Source: a virus (taxonomy: Duplodnaviria > Caudoviricetes). Taken from it: 39,011 nt of DNA. Where the stretch lies: IMG/VR virus record IMGVR_UViG_3300025569_000023, positions 1 to 39,011 of that record; one strand, written 5' to 3'. This document shows, in pieces, positions 16,741 to 24,558 of this stretch. Numbering within the stretch: the first letter of the stretch is position 1; each line of letters opens with the position of its first letter. A program made the translations under genes and the position numbers. The notes below the pieces were generated by a model. That model made no database searches, was not told the origin of the DNA, and was given only the letters and a program-made list of their open reading frames with translations.

Positions 16741-17118
16741 ATGAGTGACGAGAAACGTATTTATGTTAAGATTGGAAACAAATTCGGTATTATGCCAATG
16801 GCCGATGTTCATCCTAATGCTTGGGACAATTTTACAACAATGGCAAAAGATTTATCTATTGTCTATTGTTATGACGAAGATAAAGGTAGATATATTACTG
16901 GATTTTTATTTGGCATAAATGAATTTGACAAATTATTTCAAATAAAAGCATTCGAAGATATCGTAAATGCTTTTAAACAAGGAGCTAGAAAACCAATACA
17001 AACAGCAAAAGACTCTTGGTATAAACCAGAAGATGTACAACAAACCGAATACACCATTTATACAAAAGATCTTTTCAAATTTAAAATGTTCTCCGGTGCT
17101 TATATTAATAAGGAATAA
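16741..17118 (+). CDS. hypothetical protein
   Basis: ATG 16741 (MSDEKRIYVK). Confidence 0.7.
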   Translation: MSDEKRIYVKIGNKFGIMPMADVHPNAWDNFTTMAKDLSIVYCYDEDKGRYITGFLFGINEFDKLFQIKAFEDIVNAFKQGARKPIQTAKDSWYKPEDVQQTEYTIYTKDLFKFKMFSGAYINKE

Positions 17119-17518
17119 ATTAAAATCAGTAGGATACGTATATATTATGTATTATCCTACAGATCATTTATGGAAAATAGGTAGAACTGTAAAACCATTA
17201 CAGCGTTGGCGATCTATAAAACAAGATTTACCAGGAAATATATACCCTATTTTCTTTCCAGTTTTTAATACATTTTACCAAGAACGTTGGGTCGGTAATA
17301 GATACAAGCAATACAAACATAAGCCTAAAGGCTATGGAGCTAATGCAGGTGCGAATGAATTTTTTAGATTAAATCTTATTCAGGTTGGGTATATTTTTTA
17401 TTTATTTATTATCAACTCGCTTTTATATTTCATTTTTATTTTGTATCTTTATATTATCTTTTTTGGTATTACATATTTTATGTATATTCACCGTATTGAA
17501 TTAATTAACTTATTTTAA
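16967..17518 (+). CDS. GIY-YIG (T5orf172/Mug113-like) nuclease with a hydrophobic C-terminus
   Basis: GYVYIM..WKIGRT..QRWRSI..E..NEFFRL, then ~35 hydrophobic residues; the true start is probably near 17096. Confidence 0.7.
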   Translation: MLLNKELENQYKQQKTLGINQKMYNKPNTPFIQKIFSNLKCSPVLILIRNKLKSVGYVYIMYYPTDHLWKIGRTVKPLQRWRSIKQDLPGNIYPIFFPVFNTFYQERWVGNRYKQYKHKPKGYGANAGANEFFRLNLIQVGYIFYLFIINSLLYFIFILYLYIIFFGITYFMYIHRIELINLF

Positions 17519-17528
17519 ACCAATCGTT

Positions 17529-18110
17529 ATGAAGGTCCAGGACAAACTTAACATTACAATGGCATGGCTATCGTTAATTGCCCCGTGGACGAATTTAGTC
17601 GTACCAGTGGGATTAGTAGCTATGCTTGGATATTTTCACTTTGACCATATTGTATCAGCTATGCTGGGTCCATATGGTTGGTATGCTGCTACAATAATCG
17701 GTGTCCTATATTGGATTTTATTCAGTGGAGCTAGGATCGCTTTAATTATTGCATCAGCCCGGGATTTTAGCAACAGGGAATTTATCGAAGGTACTTTAGG
17801 TTTATTTGCATCATTGGCAGTATTAATATTTGATCTTTGGTTCCTTGGTAAAATCACAGCCATGGCTTTTCCAAATGATAATGGTACAATGGTTGTTGTA
17901 TTGAGGTTTACTTCAGTATTAGCTACCATTATGGAAATTCGATTAGTATTGTTATTGGTTAATATGACGCCCCGCCAAAGGTTACGTAAATCTGGTACCA
18001 TGGATTATGATCCTGCCGATGTTCAAATGCTACCTGGAAATGTACCATCTACAAACGGAACTAGCACTAAAAAAGGTAAAACAATAGCTGATTTATTCGG
18101 GGCAAGGTAG
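17529..18110 (+). CDS. multi-pass membrane protein (4-5 TM)
   Basis: Several hydrophobic segments and a soluble basic C-tail. Confidence 0.8.
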   Translation: MKVQDKLNITMAWLSLIAPWTNLVVPVGLVAMLGYFHFDHIVSAMLGPYGWYAATIIGVLYWILFSGARIALIIASARDFSNREFIEGTLGLFASLAVLIFDLWFLGKITAMAFPNDNGTMVVVLRFTSVLATIMEIRLVLLLVNMTPRQRLRKSGTMDYDPADVQMLPGNVPSTNGTSTKKGKTIADLFGAR

Positions 18111-18130
18111 TGTAATAAATTTCTTACGTT
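18111..18130 (+). promoter_or_regulatory. dispersed palindromic motif, copy 5
   Basis: TAG-TGTAATAAATTTCTTACG-TT, immediately after the last + strand gene. Confidence 0.85.
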
Positions 18131-18147
18131 TTCATGGATAAATTAAT

Positions 18148-18182
18148 AGAGGGAGACTGGTTTGGTCCAGTACTCCCTCTTT
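18148..18182. terminator. hairpin between the convergent arms (likely bidirectional terminator)
   Basis: AGAGGGAG-ACTGG-TTTGGT-CCAGT-A-CTCCCTCT. Confidence 0.7.
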
Positions 18183-18209
18183 CCAATCATCCCCTATTAT
18201 CACAGCTAA

Positions 18210-18434
18210 TTATTTTTTCCGTCGTTTCGTTGGCGTTTTCTTTTTACCAGATTTTACAATCGCGGCTGTCAATTTAACAGTTAAACCTGTAGTAGGTTCT
18301 TCTAAATCCGGTATTGGTTTGGTTACAGGCTTAACTGTTTCAGTAGAAGCAAAAATACTCCTAGCGCTTCCAGTTGAAGCTCTAGAAGAACGTTTGCCTT
18401 TTAAATATCTCCAAACAATAAGTTGCTTATCCAT
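18210..18434 (-). CDS. small basic hypothetical protein
   Basis: 74 aa, K/R/T-rich. Confidence 0.55.
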   Translation of the reverse strand: MDKQLIVWRYLKGKRSSRASTGSARSIFASTETVKPVTKPIPDLEEPTTGLTVKLTAAIVKSGKKKTPTKRRKK

Positions 18435-18435
18435 T

Positions 18436-18771
18436 TTAAAGCTTTATACCTAACAAACCGAGTAAACCTCTAGCGATATTACCCCAAACAGTGTTTGGAA
18501 ATTCAATGTGAAGTGTTTTACCTTCGCATTCACTAAAAACCTCCTTGATTTTACCAAAAATGATATTAATCAAGGCAATTACCAAATCAAAAGAAAGTTT
18601 CAATTTGGTACCTTCTTCGACAACTAATTCATCTCCTGCCTCCGCCAATAATTCAGCAAGATTTGTTCCCCAACATGCGCCTTTTTGAAGAGCACTACTC
18701 AAATCTCTAGATTTTTGAGCAGCAACTTGATCAGCAATAGCAGGAACAACTTCGGCTAATGACTTATTCAT
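18436..18771 (-). CDS. hypothetical protein
   Basis: 111 aa with amphipathic helices. Confidence 0.75.
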   Translation of the reverse strand: MNKSLAEVVPAIADQVAAQKSRDLSSALQKGACWGTNLAELLAEAGDELVVEEGTKLKLSFDLVIALINIIFGKIKEVFSECEGKTLHIEFPNTVWGNIARGLLGLLGIKL

Positions 18772-18789
18772 AATAATAATTTTAAATGG

Positions 18790-19086
18790 TTAAAACTTTC
18801 TTTTTAAAGAAATTATATCAGCTTCTATAGTATCTATTCTTGCACGTATTCTATTACGAGCATCATTATCTAAATTATTTATTGTATTTAATTTATCAGA
18901 TAGCGTTTCTAATTTATTTTCAATAGTTTCTATTTGTTTTTTTAATAATTTTAAATGTATAATTATAGCATTTATTTTTTGCCAAATTATACCTATTAAT
19001 AATGATAATGGTATAATCAATATTATTATTGCTATTGTTTTTATAGCAGCTACAGATTCGTTCATAGGTAATATAAAATTAATCAC
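18790..19086 (-). CDS. single-TM coiled-coil protein (holin or i-spanin candidate)
   Basis: IAIIILIIPLSLLIGIIW TM followed by a heptad-like tail, at the end of the late operon. Confidence 0.45.
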   Translation of the reverse strand: MINFILPMNESVAAIKTIAIIILIIPLSLLIGIIWQKINAIIIHLKLLKKQIETIENKLETLSDKLNTINNLDNDARNRIRARIDTIEADIISLKRKF

Positions 19087-19672
19087 AGAATCGTCGTTTT
19101 TTAATAATTAATTTTTTAGTAGGTAATACACTACCGCCGCCATAAAAATTAACTTCTCTCCAATAACGTTTATGTGGTATTGAAAATGTATGATAATATA
19201 CACTAGAATTATGATCTATGATAACATAAATATTATCACTATCATCTGTATAATATCCAAAATCAATTTTTTCGTTTTGTTTAACTTCAACAATTGGCCA
19301 AGATTCATCTTTTCTTTTTTCCCAATACCATTGTTCACCATTTCGATTATAATATGGTGAAATTTCAATTTTATTTTTATAATGTCTTACGCCTAAGGCG
19401 ACTAAATTATTATTGTTACTTAAAACATTAAAAGTTTCTCCACATAATTTTAACCATTGTGATTGGTTACTTGATAATATATAATCCCAACCTTCTAATA
19501 ATTCTATTTGCCAATGGCCAGATGGATAATCGGAATTACCACTATTTATAATAACCGGCGTGCAATTAAATGTACCTGGTTTAATAGTATAAATTCTTTC
19601 ACTATCTGGACATTCAAATAGTAATTTACATGAAGTAACCAATACACAAATGGTTAAAATTATATATCGCAT
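19079..19672 (-). CDS. predicted lipoprotein, beta-rich
   Basis: MRYIILTICVLVTS|C lipobox. Confidence 0.7.
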   Translation of the reverse strand: MRYIILTICVLVTSCKLLFECPDSERIYTIKPGTFNCTPVIINSGNSDYPSGHWQIELLEGWDYILSSNQSQWLKLCGETFNVLSNNNNLVALGVRHYKNKIEISPYYNRNGEQWYWEKRKDESWPIVEVKQNEKIDFGYYTDDSDNIYVIIDHNSSVYYHTFSIPHKRYWREVNFYGGGSVLPTKKLIIKKRRFCD

Positions 19673-19675
19673 TAT

Positions 19676-20020
19676 TTAATCAGATTTTGTAGCTAATAAC
19701 TTTGGCATTAATAAATAAACGTCAGACCAAGGATTAGCTGCTAAAACATTGATTATAAATTTCACAGCTGAAAAACTAATCTTTAAATTTACATTTGTGG
19801 AATCTGTATATGCAATAGTCTGAGCACTGATCGCTGAATTTAATTGATCGACTAGTGGCGCATTTTTATCTTTAGCTGATAACAATTTAGAAGAAGCTAT
19901 ATTCAATGCACCATGAATATATGCAGCTTCGTCATGCGTCAATACTAATGATACTATAGTTGTATCATTTTGTGTAAAAATCTTAAAAGGGATAATCAGA
20001 AATAAAATAACTAATCGCAT
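19676..20020 (-). CDS. predicted secreted protein
   Basis: MRLVILFLIIPFKIFT|Q signal peptide with Gln+1. Confidence 0.65.
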   Translation of the reverse strand: MRLVILFLIIPFKIFTQNDTTIVSLVLTHDEAAYIHGALNIASSKLLSAKDKNAPLVDQLNSAISAQTIAYTDSTNVNLKISFSAVKFIINVLAANPWSDVYLLMPKLLATKSD

Positions 20021-20031
20021 AAATTATTTAA

Positions 20032-20823
20032 TTAAGGTGTAAAAATCAATCTTTGAAACTCTTCTCTAGCATAAGACCATTCAATTACCATAGGAACCGT
20101 CCCAGATACCCATCGAATTTCTTTGCCCACAAAATAATGATTATTGTTTGATGGAGAAGAAATTAAAATAGACGGCATATTTGGTATTAACTGGCGCAAC
20201 TCAATCATCCTTGGGCCATAGATTCGAACAGTCCCATCATATCCTCCAGGAACTGGGATCGTTGTACCATTTGGGCCGGTTTGTACTTCCACTATATTTC
20301 CGAGTTCGTCAATGTAGAAATATTTTGTACTATACACCCCATTATAAAATTTAAGTTTCCAATATCCTACAAATAATCCACCCCATCGATTATGAGTTTG
20401 TTCAAAATAATTTTCATTAGTTAATTCTATCAAAATAGGATTGAGTAATGCCAATCGAGCAAAGGTACTATCTTGTTGAAATCTATTATATTGAGCTTCC
20501 GCAAAAATGGATGTAATGTTTGCGATTGAATTTACCAAAGCCTCATTTACCATTTGGGATTCCAAATAATTGGCGGTATCACGTGAAATATTATTAATCG
20601 TTGTATCTAATGCAACAACTCTAGTTTTGGTCGATAATTTTAATTTTGCTCGAACATAATAATCCGAAGAATCTGGTATTAATCCGATTGAATCAATACC
20701 TATAGCCTGAACATCCTGGATATTATAACCTTTGGAACCTCCAATTGAAATAATAAATGTTTGAGCCTGTCCAATAGTGACTAACAGAACGAATATAAAG
20801 AAAATCGAATATTTCATAACCAT
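20032..20823 (-). CDS. predicted secreted protein
   Basis: MKYSIFFIFVLLVTIGQA|Q signal peptide; start at 20823 or 20817. Confidence 0.75.
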   Translation of the reverse strand: MVMKYSIFFIFVLLVTIGQAQTFIISIGGSKGYNIQDVQAIGIDSIGLIPDSSDYYVRAKLKLSTKTRVVALDTTINNISRDTANYLESQMVNEALVNSIANITSIFAEAQYNRFQQDSTFARLALLNPILIELTNENYFEQTHNRWGGLFVGYWKLKFYNGVYSTKYFYIDELGNIVEVQTGPNGTTIPVPGGYDGTVRIYGPRMIELRQLIPNMPSILISSPSNNNHYFVGKEIRWVSGTVPMVIEWSYAREEFQRLIFTP

Positions 20824-20839
20824 TTGTTTAATGAAAATG

Positions 20840-21241
20840 TTAATGAATATAATCATTTCGTTTAGTCCGAATCCATGTTTCAGAAATACCTATTTGATCT
20901 ACCATTATATATTTCCCATTTCTTCCATCGTGAATTGTGTAGTCTTTAATCTTTCCGGAATGTGTCTGAGTGTTCTTAATATAGAACCAAACAGTCAAAG
21001 TATCTTCCATAAGATTAAATGATCCGGAACAAACAACATTGGGTAATACCCCTGGACCACGATTCTCATTCACATACCATGCCGAGTAAATATGACCATA
21101 CCCAGCCCCATTGTGAGCAAATGAATAATACAAATTATCTCCCACCTGATATTCATAATCCTCCCACATCAAAATTTCATCAGGCGCTGAAATTTGCATT
21201 CCACACGCTGTCAAAAGAAATATCAAAAAAAGATGTTTCAT
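20840..21241 (-). CDS. predicted lipoprotein
   Basis: MKHLFLIFLLTA|CG lipobox. Confidence 0.75.
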   Translation of the reverse strand: MKHLFLIFLLTACGMQISAPDEILMWEDYEYQVGDNLYYSFAHNGAGYGHIYSAWYVNENRGPGVLPNVVCSGSFNLMEDTLTVWFYIKNTQTHSGKIKDYTIHDGRNGKYIMVDQIGISETWIRTKRNDYIH

Positions 21242-24200
21242 TAATAACTATTTGTAATTACCCATTGATATGTACCAGATGCTGTTTGGGACACTTTTAA
21301 TGTAATCGTTTCATTATTGGTAACTGTCCGAGTTGTGGCTGAAGTTCCTTGTTCCCAAAGTTCATTTGTTCCTGCAACGACTTCTGTAATATATGTCCCA
21401 TCACTATCTATCCCAGAAACGGTTATATCTACACCAGCTAATAAGGCCGTCGGCGAAGGTAAAGTCAATGTGCTGTTACTAGATGCTGCACTGACTTTCA
21501 GGAATACTGTATAATGTCCATATGTCTGTAATGTAGCAGCACTCGGTGCTAAATCTGCTCCTTCTTCGGCATAATTTGCAGCGGATAGATTCGCATTTGC
21601 AGGAACAACGTCACCGGCAGAAGTAAGTGCCAAAAGATTCGCCGGAGTTCCTGTTCCGAGGCTTTCAAATCGGATTTCTCCGACCACATGAAAATCTTTT
21701 GCCGGTGATCCAGTTCCAAACCCAACTCGCCCTTTTCCGGATGCTACTATTATTGCATAATTATTCGTCGCCTCTGTGGCTGAAAAAGATGCTGCAATGT
21801 TTGTAGTTTTTGCTCCCTGAGCATAAGCTTGAAGGCCATATCCTGTCCCTGTTGTACCAGTATGCCAAAATTCACCCCCGAATCCATTATCGGATGCGGT
21901 TGTGCCAGCCACACCACGTGCCCCCGTTCCAGTTCCTGAACCATATACCCCAACATTTATCGTCGATCCATTTAACCCATACCCCTGAACTCCATAATTT
22001 ATAGAACCTGTTCCCGTATGTCCATTTGAAATATACAACGCAACTGTTTTTTGTGAAGATGTAGCATTTGCCCCACTCAAATTTATGTGTACTAATTTTT
22101 GACTATTACCAGATGCACCAGTACTAGTTGATGTAACATACATCCCATTTCCTCCAGCCAGGGCATCATATGTATGGATCTCCGAATATGCACCCCCAGT
22201 TATCGTGGTACTCCCGGTCAAAGATCCACCCCAGGTAACAGCACCAGCGACTTCGGTCAATGCATTTGAAAAAGTATATGTTGTAGCCGTTGAACTAAGT
22301 GTACCGGCTGTAAAACTCAACCCTGTACCAATGGTTATTTTGGCTACATCTCCATCGCCGTCAGCTCCAAGAATTTCAGTGGGGGTATCAGTAATTCTAT
22401 CTCGTATTCGCAATTCACCATCAATATCAACCGTTCGTGCAGGGGTAATAGCTGCAGTTCCAATACCTATTGATCCACGAAAATAAGATTTTAATTGTGA
22501 TGAATTATATAACGAATAATCGTTTCCAGATGGGGACGCCGCATCAGATAGATTAGAAAGATATAAGACATACCGGTTGGTTACCGTGGCTCCCGAAAGA
22601 ACGCTTGCATCCGCGTACACTCCAAACAAATTGGTAGTAACCGTGGCTGATGCGGCCAATGCCCGAACAGCATATATCTGAGTAACATTTCCTGTACCAT
22701 ATCCTTCCGAAGTCACTTGAATACCTTCAAGGCTAGCGACAGTATGGGTGTTGGTCGGATCGACATAAATATAAACCCAGTTTCCCACTTGTTCAGTCAA
22801 AGCCCCCATATTCACTGAGGGTTTGAAAATCAAAGATGTCGCCAACCCATACCAATTACTGTTTTCTGTCACCGTATCGTTCAAGTATAACCAAGTCGTT
22901 GGATCGGGGGCTGTATTAATTCCGACTTTACTCCCATCGTCGTAAAGTATTCCGTATGTGAGGGTGTTGGCATCGGCCCACGTCGCAACCCTATCTGTGA
23001 GTCCTGATCCAAATGGAACGGTTGCATTATTTACAGATAACGTGCCAGTCGTTAAACTCAACCCAGTGCCTGTTATAACATCACCAAGTATATTTCCAGA
23101 TGTAGACCCCGTTAATTTTGTTGGCGTCGCTGTGAGATCAGATATACTCGCATCACCTATTACAGTTAATGTTTCGGTTGCTGTACTACCTGCAATAACG
23201 AGCTTTGCCGTAGGTTCTTGAAATGATCCGTTTCCGTTTTTGTCAATTGCAAAAAAAGTATAAGCTGTGGTCGTAGTATTCCTAACCCCCTGAAATACAG
23301 CCAAATCCGAGTATTGCAATGCATTTTGTGCGCCAGTTGTTCTTCTACGAACACCTTTGAAAAGAAAAGCTGGCCCAGACCCACTTATTTCAAAATCCTC
23401 ATGCATACTTACTGACATTATCAATCCTTGTGAAATTGGCCCCACTCCAGATTGAGGGTATGGTGATGCACTCAAGGTAGGATAACCAGCTGTATTGCTA
23501 CCGCCCAGAGAAAACGCAAAATTACCCATTGCAGATGATGCAAATCCCGCCGTAGTATTGCCAAAGAAAAATTTCGGGTTTTTAAAACTACTTACCGTGG
23601 AAGCCGAAACAAAACCTCTGCTAGCCTGCACTGAATAATCACCCTGGTCAGTAGTGGCATTGACATATAACTCTGTTCCGTTATACGAAAATCCAGATGT
23701 TTGCTGTAAAGCTCCATTTGCATCTGCATAAATAACCCTCTCATTCGTAAAAGCTGCACCAGATACGGATGTATAAGGAATAAAGTATTCATTTGTGCCA
23801 TTTTGTAACTTAAACCAGTTACCAATCGTTGCGAAAAATATATTTCCGGCTATATTAGCAGGTGATGACGCTTGAGTTCTCAATCTTGCCCATCCATCCA
23901 CATCAACTGTCGCGGATGGAGTGTTCCCGGAGCCAAACAAGAATTTTCCAGTGTACTGCCAGTACGCTATGTGGTTGTTGTTATTATCATCAATATATAG
24001 ATTGTGACCTGCCAAACCATTAGTATTACCCCACTTCCAGGTCATATTTTGTGTTCCAGCGGTTCCTGTCGTTTGGGTAAGTATTTTCACACTATTTTGG
24101 TTGTCTACTCCTGGTCTGATAATTAAAGCCGCATACGCATTACTTGTAGAGGCATTAGTCGGACCTTCGATCAATACACCTTCATTCGACGTAGTACCGT

Positions 24201-24558
24201 AGAAATTGTACTTTGCTCCACTGTTGGGAGTATTTGTGCCAAATCCTATTTTCGTACCATTATCGAATATTTGAGAATCACCCAGGGTATTACCGTTCGG
24301 CGTCCATTTTGGAACATAATTAAGAGTCCCAGATCCTGTTGGGAAACTACCACCGCCAGTTGATACAATTACTCCATCAACATATAACGTATCATGTGAC
24401 TTGCGTAAAAATGACGACCATTCGCCTTTAAAATTCACTTTCGTAATTGCAAAATAACCACTATCAACTGACGATTCGATTTGAGTCCATCGAATCGGTG
24501 CTTGAGCATATCCCATTACAACCGTAAAAATCAACCCGCATATAATCTTTATTCTCAT
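21241..24558 (-). CDS. tail-fibre/adhesin-like protein with an N-terminal signal peptide
   Basis: G/T/S-rich; repeats KIGFGTNTP, KVGINTAP, SIGIGT, RVGFGTGSP and GTGLSxTxGTLS twice; N-terminus MRIKIICGLIFTVVMGYA|Q. Confidence 0.75.
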   Translation of the reverse strand: MRIKIICGLIFTVVMGYAQAPIRWTQIESSVDSGYFAITKVNFKGEWSSFLRKSHDTLYVDGVIVSTGGGSFPTGSGTLNYVPKWTPNGNTLGDSQIFDNGTKIGFGTNTPNSGAKYNFYGTTSNEGVLIEGPTNASTSNAYAALIIRPGVDNQNSVKILTQTTGTAGTQNMTWKWGNTNGLAGHNLYIDDNNNNHIAYWQYTGKFLFGSGNTPSATVDVDGWARLRTQASSPANIAGNIFFATIGNWFKLQNGTNEYFIPYTSVSGAAFTNERVIYADANGALQQTSGFSYNGTELYVNATTDQGDYSVQASRGFVSASTVSSFKNPKFFFGNTTAGFASSAMGNFAFSLGGSNTAGYPTLSASPYPQSGVGPISQGLIMSVSMHEDFEISGSGPAFLFKGVRRRTTGAQNALQYSDLAVFQGVRNTTTTAYTFFAIDKNGNGSFQEPTAKLVIAGSTATETLTVIGDASISDLTATPTKLTGSTSGNILGDVITGTGLSLTTGTLSVNNATVPFGSGLTDRVATWADANTLTYGILYDDGSKVGINTAPDPTTWLYLNDTVTENSNWYGLATSLIFKPSVNMGALTEQVGNWVYIYVDPTNTHTVASLEGIQVTSEGYGTGNVTQIYAVRALAASATVTTNLFGVYADASVLSGATVTNRYVLYLSNLSDAASPSGNDYSLYNSSQLKSYFRGSIGIGTAAITPARTVDIDGELRIRDRITDTPTEILGADGDGDVAKITIGTGLSFTAGTLSSTATTYTFSNALTEVAGAVTWGGSLTGSTTITGGAYSEIHTYDALAGGNGMYVTSTSTGASGNSQKLVHINLSGANATSSQKTVALYISNGHTGTGSINYGVQGYGLNGSTINVGVYGSGTGTGARGVAGTTASDNGFGGEFWHTGTTGTGYGLQAYAQGAKTTNIAASFSATEATNNYAIIVASGKGRVGFGTGSPAKDFHVVGEIRFESLGTGTPANLLALTSAGDVVPANANLSAANYAEEGADLAPSAATLQTYGHYTVFLKVSAASSNSTLTLPSPTALLAGVDITVSGIDSDGTYITEVVAGTNELWEQGTSATTRTVTNNETITLKVSQTASGTYQWVITNSY

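Noticed and set aside
21241-24558. Diversity-generating retroelement or invertible fibre cassette
   Set aside because: No reverse transcriptase or recombinase, and no near-identical TR/VR pair seen; the internal repeats are diverged protein repeats.
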